In this document: piece after piece, positions 26,653-36,216 of the stretch
Layout of the letters: each line of letters begins with the position of its first letter
Position numbering within the stretch: position 1 is the stretch's first letter
Origin: Clostridia bacterium
Lineage (GTDB): Bacteria; Bacillota; Clostridia; Oscillospirales; Acutalibacteraceae
Length of the DNA: 64,000 bases
NCBI GenBank assembly: GCA_017559305.1
Contig: JAFYSP010000028.1
Span: 2,124 to 66,123, forward strand
Reading direction: 5' to 3'
Made by a program: the position numbers and the translations under genes
The notes under the pieces: model-generated
What the model saw: the letters and a program-made list of their open reading frames with translations, nothing else
What the model was told of the DNA's origin: nothing
Databases searched by the model: none

Positions 26653-26681
26653 ATTGTAGCACACTAAAACGCGATTGTCAA
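26653..26681 (-). promoter_or_regulatory. Sigma-A type promoter of the yerC-like/his operon (TTGACA-17 nt-TACAAT with an extended TG)
   Basis: In minus sense the sequence is TTGACAATCGCGTTTTAGTGTGCTACAAT. A direct repeat TGCTA-N3-TGCTA overlaps the -10 element. Confidence 0.55.
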
Positions 26682-26768
26682 CACAATTTTTCCCGAAATT
26701 TTATTAAATGTAAATATATTTACTTTATATATAAAATATGGTAAAATAAAAGAAAAAGGGGATAAAAG

Positions 26769-27176
26769 ATGCTTAACATTTTTTCTGCTATAAGTAGGGA
26801 ATATAAAGTCGAGGAGTTAAAAGAAGATTTTATTTCCGAATTTGAAAAAAGTACATCATTAGATTCGCCGCCGATGCTCATAAACTCATTTGCGCCCAAG
26901 GCCGAGCTCTTGGTTGATGAGATGGGCAAAACCGCAAAAATAAAACTCAAACTCAAAAAACCGGTAAAAGTAATTTTTGCGGTTTATTGCTTACTTGCAA
27001 TTATAATTGAAACTTTACTTGTTTATTTTGTGATAAGAAATGATATAAGCGAATCACTTATTTTACTGTTGCCGATAGGTCTTGTATTGTTTGGTTACTT
27101 GATACTGTTTGTCGGATTTAATTTGTCAGCAAAGGCAAAACTCAATGAATTAGAAGAAGTTTTAATAAAAAAATAA
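26769..27176 (+). CDS. Hypothetical membrane protein (two C-terminal TM helices)
   Basis: Good RBS (AAGGGG) but no family recognised. Confidence 0.45.
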   Translation: MLNIFSAISREYKVEELKEDFISEFEKSTSLDSPPMLINSFAPKAELLVDEMGKTAKIKLKLKKPVKVIFAVYCLLAIIIETLLVYFVIRNDISESLILLLPIGLVLFGYLILFVGFNLSAKAKLNELEEVLIKK

Positions 27177-27519
27177 AAGCCGGAGCCACCTGTTTGGGCG
27201 GCTCTTTTTTGCGGCGTAGGTGTCAGGGCTCGCCCATTGGGAGAGCTCTCGCGAAGCGGGTGAGAGGGTGTCATTGCGAAAGGCAAAGCCTTGTGGCAAT
27301 CTTAAGTCTTCCTTATGAAGTAATGAAGCGGTAGTAAGGGGAATTATGGCGTGGAGTGAATAAGCAGTAGCAACGACCCGTTTTTTCTTGACAACACCAC
27401 ATTAAAGTAGTAAAATTTATATAATAATTTTCGCTGTTTGTATATATTTTTTTCATTTTCAATACAAATACGCATACTGAATTATTATCTTAAACCAAAA
27501 AAGAGGAGAGGATCATAAA

Positions 27520-30500
27520 ATGAAAAAACTTTTATCAATCGTTTTGGCGCTTGTTCTTATAGTGTCGGTAGTGCCGATGGGTATTTTCACACTCACTGCA
27601 TCTGCTGCTACCAGTGGCACCACAGGTGACTGCACATGGACTCTTGACGGCACCGTGCTTACCATTAGTGGTGACGGCGAGATGAGTGACTATTATTATT
27701 GTGATGATAGTGGTGATTTTGGTTATTTTAGTTGTGGCCCTTGGGGCTATAATATCACAGAAGTCATAATTGAAAACGGTGTCACAAGTATAGGTGGTGC
27801 TGCATTCTATAATTGCGATTCGCTCAAAAGCATCACAATCCCCAATAGTGTCAGGGGTATAGGTGGGTATGCATTCTATTATTGCACATCGCTCACAAGT
27901 ATTGTAATCCCCGATAGTGTCACAAGTATAGGTGAGTATGCATTCTATAATTGCAGTTCGCTCGAAAGCGTCACCATCCCTGACAGTGTCACAAGTATAA
28001 GTGATGGTGCATTCTATGCTTGCGATTCGCTGACCAACATTGTCATCCCTGATAGTGTCACAAGTATAGGTTATGTGGCATTCGCTGATTGCGATTCGCT
28101 CGAAAGCATTACTGTTGATGTGAATAATACATCTTATTCATCACAAGATGGTGTTCTTTTCAATAAAAATAAAACTGAATTGGTTCAATATCCTACAGGT
28201 AACAATAAAGCGACTTACACAATCCCCGATAGTGTCCGGGGTATAGTTGATGGTGCGTTCTATGATTGCAAGTCGCTCAAAAGTGTTACCATTGGAAACG
28301 GCGTCACAAGTATAGGTTATGCGGCATTTGGTGCTTGCGATTCGCTCGAAAGTATTACTGTTGATGTGAATAATACATCTTATTCATCACAAGATGGTGT
28401 TCTTTTCAATAAAAATAAAACTGAATTGATTCAATATCCTACAGGTAACAATAAAGTGACCTACACAATCCCCGATAGTGTCCGGGGTATAGGTGATGGT
28501 GCATTCTATGATTGCAAGCCGCTCAAAAGCGTTACCATCGGAAACGGCGTCACAAGTATAGGTGATCAGGCATTCGCTGATTGCGATTCGCTTGAGGATG
28601 TTTGGTATACTGGTAGTAAAACCGATAGAGGAAACATTTCCATCGGATCAAGCAATGATTATCTGACCAATGCCACCTGGCACTATAATTGCTGTCTGAA
28701 ATCTGATAATAAATTACACACTTATGACAACGATTGCGATAAGACATGTAATACTTGCGGCGCAAAACGCACCATTAAGCACACTTATAAACTCACTACT
28801 ACCAAAAAAGCAACCCTTACTGCAAACGGTAAGCAGCAAAATAAGTGTACAGTATGCGGAAATATTTCTACTACCGGCGCAAAGACCATCTACAAGGTAA
28901 CGTCCTTCAAACTTTCTACAACAATTTATTCTTACGACGGCAAGGTCAAAACACCTTCAGTTGTTGTGAAGGATTCAAAGGGCAACACCTTGAAGAAGGG
29001 CACTGATTACACAGTAACCTATGCAAGCGGCAGGAAGAAGGTTGGTACTTATAAGGTTACAATCAAGATGAAGGGCAAGTATACAGGCACCAAGACCCTT
29101 ACATTTAAGATTTGTAAACACAAGTACACAAATTCTTGTGATACAACTTGTAATCTTTGCAAAGCAACCAGAACAATTACCCATAAATATAAAACCACTT
29201 CATTAAAGGATGCCACGTTAAAATCAAACGGAAAGCAGACCTTGAAATGCTCGGTTTGTAAGAAAACCACCACAAAGGTTATCTATAAACCAACCTCATT
29301 CAAACTTTCCGCAACGTCTTATACTTACAACGGCAAGGTCAAAACGCCTTCAGTTGTTGTGAAGGATTCAAAGGGCAACACCTTGAAGAAGGGCACTGAT
29401 TACACAGTAACCTATGCAAGCGGCAGAAAGAACGTCGGTACTTATAAGGTAACAATCAAGATGAAGGGCAAGTACTCAGGCACCAAGACCCTTACATTTA
29501 AGATAAAGCAGCAAGACGTGTCAAAATGCGATATTAAACTTTCTGCGAAGTCTTACGCTTATGACGGAAAGACAAAAACGCCTACAGTTACGGTGAAAAA
29601 TTCTGACGGCACAACTCTTAAAAAGAATACGGATTATACCGTGACCTACTCAAGTGGCAGAAAGAACGTCGGCACCTATAAAGTTACCGTTAAAATGAAA
29701 AACAAGAACTATACAGGTACAAAGACGGTAACCTTCAAGATTAATCCGCCAAAGACAACAATTTCAAAGGTTACTTCCAAAGTAAACGCTCTAGCATTAA
29801 CTATAACTAAAAAAACTGCAGGAACTTCAGGATATGAGGTACAGTATTCTACAAGTAAAACCTTCAAAAATGCCAAGAGCAAGGTTGTTTCTTCAAACGC
29901 AACAACCTCTGTAACAATCAGCGGTCTTGAAGGAAACAAAACCTATTATGTAAGAGTTCGCACCTATAAAACGGTAAACGGCAAAAAAGTTTATTCCGCT
30001 TGGTCTGCCTATAAATCGGCAAAGACACAGAGCGAATTCAAGGTTTTAAGCATTGATTTTGAAAATATTCTTTATTCCAATAAGGACGTTTTCATTATTA
30101 AACGTAACGGCAAATGGGGTGCTGTAAATCAAAAAAATGAAACCATTATACCTTTTGAATATAATGATTATTCCCATTGTGTAACCGCTGACAACTATAT
30201 TCTTATGAGAAAAGACGGTGTGGATGTTCTTTACAATGCACAGGGCAAAAAGGTATATACCGCAAAGTATTCGTATAAAGAAACCGAAAATGGTTATACA
30301 AGCGAACTTCAGGGCGAACGCATTTCAAGTTATAATGAGGGCGCACTGTTGACCGTTACTGATGAGACTATAGGCGAGCTTGGGGATTCAGTTTATACAT
30401 TAAACATAAAGAAACTCAATGGCGAAAAAGTCGCATCCTATGAACAAGTAACGGCAAATACCACCTGTATAAACAACAGGATTGTAATGGAATCTTATGG

Positions 30501-31167
30501 CGATTTCAAGGAACTTGTCGTTGATAAAAACGGTAAAGTGATTAGAAAATATGCTTGGCCGGAAAATGGTGTTCCAATGGATGAAGCATTTTTTGGTGGT
30601 TGGTCAGGTGATATTTGCGGAGGCACTTATCTTGAATATTGCCGCGCCACAAGAGACGCTTGGATTACAAACGTAGATAGCGGAAGTTCATATACGTTTT
30701 ATAGAGTAACTTTGGACGGCTGGACATATCAGGAACACTATGGAAAATATATTATTGTCTATAAAAATGGTGAAGGATACAGACTGGTAGATGTCACAAA
30801 GATAGAACAATCAGAATTTGGAATCGACAAATATTTCACAGGTTCTTTTGTTAATGATAAGGTTTATGATTATATGACCTTCGACAATGTACTGGGTAAC
30901 ACTGTCAAGTATATTTTGGTAAACCGCGATGGTAAGTGGGGTTATCTCTCACTTGATGGCAAGACCGAAAAACTGTATGATGACGCTACTGCATTTAGAA
31001 ATGGCATAGCTATGGTTAAAGATGGAAACAAGATGTATTTGATCAATGAAAAATTTGAGAAGATATCAGGAAACCTTACAGGATATGATTCAGTATCGGT
31101 TGTCGGAGATGGCGTGTTTGTAGCCCGAAAAGACGGCAAATCATATATCACAGTATATAATAAATAA
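27520..31167 (+). CDS. Large secreted surface protein: signal peptide, BspA-type leucine-rich repeats, Cys/His mini-repeats, Ig-like (MBG-like) modules, FN3, and C-terminal WG/KWG repeats
   Basis: Signal peptide MKKLLSIVLALVLIVSVVPMG...ASA. LRR units read IPDSVTSIG.GAF..C.SL.S. Modules YDGKVKTPSVVVKD...GTDYTVTY...VGTYKVTIKMKG.YTGTKTLTFKI occur three times. FN3: GYEVQYSTSKTF...YYVRVRTYK. WG repeats: NGKWGAVN and DGKWGYLS. Confidence 0.85.
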   Translation: MKKLLSIVLALVLIVSVVPMGIFTLTASAATSGTTGDCTWTLDGTVLTISGDGEMSDYYYCDDSGDFGYFSCGPWGYNITEVIIENGVTSIGGAAFYNCDSLKSITIPNSVRGIGGYAFYYCTSLTSIVIPDSVTSIGEYAFYNCSSLESVTIPDSVTSISDGAFYACDSLTNIVIPDSVTSIGYVAFADCDSLESITVDVNNTSYSSQDGVLFNKNKTELVQYPTGNNKATYTIPDSVRGIVDGAFYDCKSLKSVTIGNGVTSIGYAAFGACDSLESITVDVNNTSYSSQDGVLFNKNKTELIQYPTGNNKVTYTIPDSVRGIGDGAFYDCKPLKSVTIGNGVTSIGDQAFADCDSLEDVWYTGSKTDRGNISIGSSNDYLTNATWHYNCCLKSDNKLHTYDNDCDKTCNTCGAKRTIKHTYKLTTTKKATLTANGKQQNKCTVCGNISTTGAKTIYKVTSFKLSTTIYSYDGKVKTPSVVVKDSKGNTLKKGTDYTVTYASGRKKVGTYKVTIKMKGKYTGTKTLTFKICKHKYTNSCDTTCNLCKATRTITHKYKTTSLKDATLKSNGKQTLKCSVCKKTTTKVIYKPTSFKLSATSYTYNGKVKTPSVVVKDSKGNTLKKGTDYTVTYASGRKNVGTYKVTIKMKGKYSGTKTLTFKIKQQDVSKCDIKLSAKSYAYDGKTKTPTVTVKNSDGTTLKKNTDYTVTYSSGRKNVGTYKVTVKMKNKNYTGTKTVTFKINPPKTTISKVTSKVNALALTITKKTAGTSGYEVQYSTSKTFKNAKSKVVSSNATTSVTISGLEGNKTYYVRVRTYKTVNGKKVYSAWSAYKSAKTQSEFKVLSIDFENILYSNKDVFIIKRNGKWGAVNQKNETIIPFEYNDYSHCVTADNYILMRKDGVDVLYNAQGKKVYTAKYSYKETENGYTSELQGERISSYNEGALLTVTDETIGELGDSVYTLNIKKLNGEKVASYEQVTANTTCINNRIVMESYGDFKELVVDKNGKVIRKYAWPENGVPMDEAFFGGWSGDICGGTYLEYCRATRDAWITNVDSGSSYTFYRVTLDGWTYQEHYGKYIIVYKNGEGYRLVDVTKIEQSEFGIDKYFTGSFVNDKVYDYMTFDNVLGNTVKYILVNRDGKWGYLSLDGKTEKLYDDATAFRNGIAMVKDGNKMYLINEKFEKISGNLTGYDSVSVVGDGVFVARKDGKSYITVYNK
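28091..28582 (+). repeat. Intragenic tandem duplication, 2 x 246 bp (82 aa LRR block), near-identical
   Basis: CDSLESITVDVNNTSYSSQDGVLFNKNKTEL.QYPTGNNK.TYTIPDSVRGI.DGAFYDCK.LKSVTIGNGVTSIG occurs twice with only a few substitutions. Confidence 0.85.
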
Positions 31168-31173
31168 CCATAA

Positions 31174-31204
31174 GAAAAAAGCCACCCGTGAGGGTGGCTT
31201 TTTG
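31174..31204. terminator. Bidirectional terminator between convergent genes
   Basis: AAAAAAGCCACCC-GTGA-GGGTGGCTTTTT. Confidence 0.75.
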
Positions 31205-31218
31205 ATGTTAATTGTGTT

Positions 31219-33363
31219 TTATTCAACTACTGAAAATTCTGCTTTAAGTGTATTGTCCGCCGAGTCTTTTGCAACCCACAGGTTGAATTTGCCGGGCTCT
31301 ACAACTCGCTCTAACTTTTGGTTGTGGAAAGCAAGGTCATCGGCATTCAGTGTGAATTTTACCACTCTTTCTTGCCCTGCTTCAAGGTAAAGTTTTTCGA
31401 AACCTTTAAGTTCTTTTATGGGGCGCACACATGAAGCAACAAGGTCACGGATATAAAGTTGGGCTACCGTGTAACCGCCACGTTTACCCACGTTTTTAAT
31501 CTTGCAGCAAACCTCAATACTACCGTCTTTTTTCATTTCGGTTGCCGACAAAGTCAAATCGGAATACTCAAATTCGGTGTAGGACAGTCCGTATCCGAAT
31601 GTGTATGCGGCATCTGTAGTCATATCCTTGTAACCCGTTTCATACCACACCTTGCCAAGTGCCGGTCTGCCTGTGTGGTTTTTGTTGTAATAAACGGGGA
31701 GTTGACCTTCGTGGTAGGGAACAGAAGCGGTAAGTCTGCCGCTCATATCGTGTTTACCGAGCAACAAGTCTGCAAGGGCGTTGCCTGTTTCGGTGCCGAG
31801 TTGCCAGATGTAAACTATAGAATCGCATCTGTCTTTGAATTCTTCGACTATTATCGGTCTGCCTGCAGAAATCAGCAGAATGATGGGTTTACCGACTTCT
31901 GCGACCTTGTTAAACAACTCAATTTGCGCATCCGGGATACGAAGATGTACTCGGCTTTTTGCTTCGCCGCTCATTTCTTCTTTTTCGCCGAGAACGAGTA
32001 TTACGGTATCGCAGTTTTTAGCGCATTCTACGGCATCTGCAATATCCTGCTCGTTGTTTTCGAGGAAATCAGAGCCCTTTGCATAACTGAAATTGATTCC
32101 TGCATTTTTAAAACCTTCTTTAATGGTAACGGTGGTCTCAATTTCCTTTTTGAGTGCCCAGGGTCCGAGCACGTTTTCCTTGTCATCGACTAAAGGACCG
32201 ATAAGGGCGTATTTTTTGGAAATATCAAGGGGTAACGAGCCCTTGTTTTCGAGCATAACGGGACATTTTACAGCCATCTCTCTTGATGCCGCTCTGTGCT
32301 CATCACAGAAGAAACATTCCTCTCCTTTCGGGTCAACAAACGGATCTTCAAATACACCGAGAAGGATTTTAAGTGTAATAACGGGCAAGAGCGCCTTGTC
32401 GATTTGCTCTTCGGTAATATCTCCGTTCTTTATAAGTTCGGGGATATGGTCGTTGAATTGGTCACCAGCCATCAAAATTGAAAGTCCTGCCTTGAGTGCT
32501 TCCTTTGATGAGTCATACAGATTTTCTACGAATCCGTGTGTCTTCATTTCCCATACTGAACCTGCATCGGAAATTACGAAACCGTCAAACTTGAGCATTC
32601 CTCTCAAAAGGTCTTTGAGAAGGAATTTGTTACCCGTGCATGGCACTCCGTTAAAGGTGTGAAAAGCCGACATAACGGTAGCCGCACCGGCATCAATACC
32701 TGCCTTGAAGGGTGGGAGATATACGTCGTAAAGAGTGTTGAGCGACATATCGACAGCATCATAATCTCTGCCGCCGACACAAGCGCCGTAACCTATAAAA
32801 TGTTTCATACAAGCGAGAACCTTGTCTTTTTCGCCGATTTCTTCGCCCTGATAACCTTTTACAACTGCTTCGGAAAATTTAGAGCAAAGATAGGTGTCCT
32901 CGCCGTATCCCTCGACGATTCTGCCCCAACGTGGGTCACGCGCAATATCAACCATGGGAGAAAAAGTCCAACGGATACCCGCGCTAGAAGCCTCTTTTGC
33001 GGCGACTTCAGCGCCTTTTTTTGCGGCTTCGGGTTCCCAGGATGCCGATTGTGCCAAAGGAGTAGGGAATATGGTTTTATAACCGTGAATTACGTCGTCT
33101 GCAAATAAAATCGGAATGTGAGTAGGGAATTTTTCCTTACATTCTTTTTGAAGTCTGTTGGTGACTTCGGCGCCACCCACCGTGAGATATGAGCCGATGG
33201 TGCCCTTTTCATAGTGGTCTTCAAAATAGTGAACTTCGTCATTGTAAATTGAAGTGCCGAACTGTGACAACTGACCGCTTTTTTCGGCAAGGGTTAAACC
33301 TTTTATAATTTCTTCGGCGCGTTTTACGGCGGCGTCGAGTTTTTCAGGTGTGACGTTTAACAT
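31219..33363 (-). CDS. Glycoside hydrolase family 3 (beta-glucosidase / beta-xylosidase type)
   Basis: 714 aa, with RDPRWGRIVEGYGED, KHFIGYG and GFVISDAGSV (nucleophile Asp context), plus a C-terminal FnIII-like domain. Confidence 0.88.
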   Translation of the reverse strand: MLNVTPEKLDAAVKRAEEIIKGLTLAEKSGQLSQFGTSIYNDEVHYFEDHYEKGTIGSYLTVGGAEVTNRLQKECKEKFPTHIPILFADDVIHGYKTIFPTPLAQSASWEPEAAKKGAEVAAKEASSAGIRWTFSPMVDIARDPRWGRIVEGYGEDTYLCSKFSEAVVKGYQGEEIGEKDKVLACMKHFIGYGACVGGRDYDAVDMSLNTLYDVYLPPFKAGIDAGAATVMSAFHTFNGVPCTGNKFLLKDLLRGMLKFDGFVISDAGSVWEMKTHGFVENLYDSSKEALKAGLSILMAGDQFNDHIPELIKNGDITEEQIDKALLPVITLKILLGVFEDPFVDPKGEECFFCDEHRAASREMAVKCPVMLENKGSLPLDISKKYALIGPLVDDKENVLGPWALKKEIETTVTIKEGFKNAGINFSYAKGSDFLENNEQDIADAVECAKNCDTVILVLGEKEEMSGEAKSRVHLRIPDAQIELFNKVAEVGKPIILLISAGRPIIVEEFKDRCDSIVYIWQLGTETGNALADLLLGKHDMSGRLTASVPYHEGQLPVYYNKNHTGRPALGKVWYETGYKDMTTDAAYTFGYGLSYTEFEYSDLTLSATEMKKDGSIEVCCKIKNVGKRGGYTVAQLYIRDLVASCVRPIKELKGFEKLYLEAGQERVVKFTLNADDLAFHNQKLERVVEPGKFNLWVAKDSADNTLKAEFSVVE

Positions 33364-33509
33364 AATGCAACACTCCCATAATTTGTTTTTCGATTAAAAT
33401 ATACACTAATATAAACAGAAAAGTCAATAAGAATACTGTTTTATCGGTTGCAAAAGGGAGAAGGTTGGTATATAATCAAGTAAATAAGTTTGCTTTAAGG
33501 AGCGATAAT

Positions 33510-34574
33510 ATGAGCAATAAAGTTGTAAAAATTCAAGAATTTTTAAATCTCGGAGAAGCGGCTCTCGTAACGTCGGGCGAAAACAGATTTTATCTTACGG
33601 GTTTTCCTTCTTCGGCAGGTACCGTTCTTGTGACAAAGCAAAAGGCTTACTTCCTTATTGATTTCAGATATTTTGAAAAAGCAAAGAAAACCGTCACTTC
33701 CTGCGAGGTTATTCTAGCAGAAAAGGGCGGAGTTTCAGTACTTGATTTGCTCGGCAAGGAAAATATCAAAAAACCTTTCGTTGAAACCGAGAAAACCAGT
33801 GTTGCCGAATTCAAGGGTATGAAGGAAAAGTACGGCGAAGTGCTGACCGAGAGCGATGAATTCGACAAATACATCACAAGATGCCGCGAGATAAAGGACG
33901 AAAAGGAACTCGCTCTCATTCGTGAGGCACAAAAACTCACGGACGACACCTTCTCATATATTCTTGAAAGAATTGAGGCAGGCAGAACCGAAAAAGAGGT
34001 TATGCTCGATATGGAATTTTATATGAGAAAACTCGGTAGCGAGGGTGTTTCATTTGATTTCATAGTTGTGTCGGGTAAAAACTCCTCTTTGCCCCACGGA
34101 GTGCCCACCGATAAGGTTATCGAAAAGGGCGATTTTCTCACTATGGACTTCGGCGCAGTTGTCGGCGGTTATCATTCCGATATGACCAGAACAGTTGCGG
34201 TAGGCGAAGCAAGTGACGAAATGAAACTCATTTACAATACGGTAGCACGTGCACAGGGAGAATCATTCAAACTTATAAAAGCAGGCGCAAACTGCTTTGA
34301 CGTCGATAAAGCATCTCGTGACGTTATCTACGGCGCAGGTTTCGAGGGCTGCTACGGTCACGGACTCGGTCACTCGGTCGGTGTCGAAATTCACGAAGAA
34401 CCTCGTTTCAGTCCTGCTTGTAACCGAATCCTTGAAACAGGCATGGTTATGACTGTTGAACCCGGCATTTATCTTGAAGATAAATTCGGCGTTCGTATTG
34501 AGGATATGGTATTCGTTACTGATGACGGATATGAAAATATCACAAAATCAGACAAGAAACTTATAATTCTTTAA
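33510..34574 (+). CDS. M24 family Xaa-Pro aminopeptidase/dipeptidase
   Basis: DFGAVVGGYHSDMTRT and GHGLGHSVGVEIHEEP are metal ligand motifs. The start at 33510 follows the RBS AAGGAG. Confidence 0.85.
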   Translation: MSNKVVKIQEFLNLGEAALVTSGENRFYLTGFPSSAGTVLVTKQKAYFLIDFRYFEKAKKTVTSCEVILAEKGGVSVLDLLGKENIKKPFVETEKTSVAEFKGMKEKYGEVLTESDEFDKYITRCREIKDEKELALIREAQKLTDDTFSYILERIEAGRTEKEVMLDMEFYMRKLGSEGVSFDFIVVSGKNSSLPHGVPTDKVIEKGDFLTMDFGAVVGGYHSDMTRTVAVGEASDEMKLIYNTVARAQGESFKLIKAGANCFDVDKASRDVIYGAGFEGCYGHGLGHSVGVEIHEEPRFSPACNRILETGMVMTVEPGIYLEDKFGVRIEDMVFVTDDGYENITKSDKKLIIL

Positions 34575-34586
34575 GAGGTGGAAATA

Positions 34587-35363
34587 ATGAAATTTGTAAC
34601 CTTTAATATCAGATATTCCTGGGATGCCGACGGTATCAACAGTTTCCCCTTAAGAGCGGGAATGATTCTTTGCAAAATCGATAGCGAAAAGCCCGACGTC
34701 ATCTGCTTTCAGGAGGCATCGGACAAGATAAGCGATTTTTTGAAAGCGCACCTTCCCGACTATAACTTCACGGGCCACGGCAGAGATGCCGACTATACCG
34801 GTGAAGCAATGCTCACAGCGGTCAGAAAGGATACCTTTGAGGTGCTTTCTACCAATACTTTCTGGCTTTCTCCCACACCCGATATTCCCGGTAGCCGCTA
34901 TCCTACACAAAACGTCTGCAGAAGAATCTGTAACGTGACCGTAGTCAAAGAAAAATCAAGCGGCAAGGCGATAAAGGTTTATAACACCCACTTCGATTAT
35001 GAAGTCGAGCCGACGGTTCGTATGCAGGAAGCAGAGCAGATTTCTGCTACAATCAGCGAGGATAACGCAAAATTTTCTATGCCTTTTGTTCTCGCAGGCG
35101 ACTTTAATTCAATCCCTGACAGCGAAATAGTAAAGCATATCGAGAACAACACCTCACCCAAACTCAAAGACGTTGCCAATATATTCACACAGACCTTCCA
35201 TGATTTTGGCAAACACGAGGGCGTAAGCAAGGATTTCAAAAAGATAGATTATATCTTTGTTCCGCCAACCGTTAAATCAGGAAAACCTGTTCTTTGGGAG
35301 GATAACTTCAACGGCGTTTGGCTTTCAGACCACTATCCCATTGAGGCGGAACTGAAATTTTAG
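34587..35363 (+). CDS. Endonuclease/exonuclease/phosphatase (EEP) family protein
   Basis: KFVTFNIRY...DVICFQE...GDFNS...SDHYPIEAEL. Confidence 0.8.
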   Translation: MKFVTFNIRYSWDADGINSFPLRAGMILCKIDSEKPDVICFQEASDKISDFLKAHLPDYNFTGHGRDADYTGEAMLTAVRKDTFEVLSTNTFWLSPTPDIPGSRYPTQNVCRRICNVTVVKEKSSGKAIKVYNTHFDYEVEPTVRMQEAEQISATISEDNAKFSMPFVLAGDFNSIPDSEIVKHIENNTSPKLKDVANIFTQTFHDFGKHEGVSKDFKKIDYIFVPPTVKSGKPVLWEDNFNGVWLSDHYPIEAELKF

Positions 35364-35372
35364 GAGTAGAAA

Positions 35373-36185
35373 ATGACGCTCAGAGAACTAATAGAAACCA
35401 CAAAATTATATCTTTTCGACCTTGACGGAACACTTTACTTGAGTGAGGACGTTTTCCCCTTTTCCGCTGAACTGCTGAAGGAGATAAAGGCAAGGGGCGC
35501 GAGGTATATGTATATCACAAACAACTCCTCAAAATCAGGTCCCGACTACGTCGCAAAAATGACCCGTCTCGGCATTGAATCAACAGAAGATGAGTTCATT
35601 TCCTCTGCATTTGTCACCACCAAATATATGAGTGAAAATTATGCCGACAAGTGCATCTACCTTTGCGGCACCCAGTCGCTCAAAAATCAGTTTTTATCGG
35701 CGGGACTTTGTGTCACCGACAGTACGGAAAAGGCCGATTGTATCGTTATAGGAAGCGATACTGAGCTTACCTTTAAGAAGATAGACGACGTTTGCCGTTT
35801 GCTCTATGAGAAGCCGAATATCACTTATATAGCAACCAATCCCGACCCAATTTGCCCCACCGAATACGGCAATATGCCCGATTGCGGCGCAATAGTAGAT
35901 ATGATATTCACCGCAACGGGTAAAATGCCGATTTATATCGGCAAACCCTCACCCCTTATGGCAGAATTTTCAATGCAAATTTGCGGATGCGAAAGGGAAG
36001 AAACGGTTGTAATCGGCGATAGACTCGATACCGATATCGATTGCGGTCTTGCGGCAGACACCAAAACCTTATTGGTGTACAGTGGCTTTGCAACACCCGA
36101 AATGTATGAAAATGCAGAAAAAAAGCCCGACCTCGCAATAGCCGATTGCGGAGTTTTGCTCCAAGTAATGAAGAAAATGAGATAA
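35373..36185 (+). CDS. HAD-IIA family hydrolase (NagD-like sugar phosphatase)
   Basis: LYLFDLDGTLY...ITNNSSKS...GKP...IGDRLDTDI. Confidence 0.8.
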   Translation: MTLRELIETTKLYLFDLDGTLYLSEDVFPFSAELLKEIKARGARYMYITNNSSKSGPDYVAKMTRLGIESTEDEFISSAFVTTKYMSENYADKCIYLCGTQSLKNQFLSAGLCVTDSTEKADCIVIGSDTELTFKKIDDVCRLLYEKPNITYIATNPDPICPTEYGNMPDCGAIVDMIFTATGKMPIYIGKPSPLMAEFSMQICGCEREETVVIGDRLDTDIDCGLAADTKTLLVYSGFATPEMYENAEKKPDLAIADCGVLLQVMKKMR

Positions 36186-36186
36186 T

Positions 36187-36216
36187 AAAAAAGCACCTCG
36201 AAAGAGGTGCTTTTTT
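36187..36216. terminator. Bidirectional terminator
   Basis: AAAAAAGCACCTC-GAAA-GAGGTGCTTTTTT. An identical sequence recurs at 45497-45528. Confidence 0.75.

Noticed and set aside
31459-33108. Several plus-strand ORFs of 149-244 aa (31459..32193, 32093..32662, 32659..33108)
   Set aside because: These are shadow ORFs antisense to the GH3 gene at 31219-33363. They have no family resemblance.
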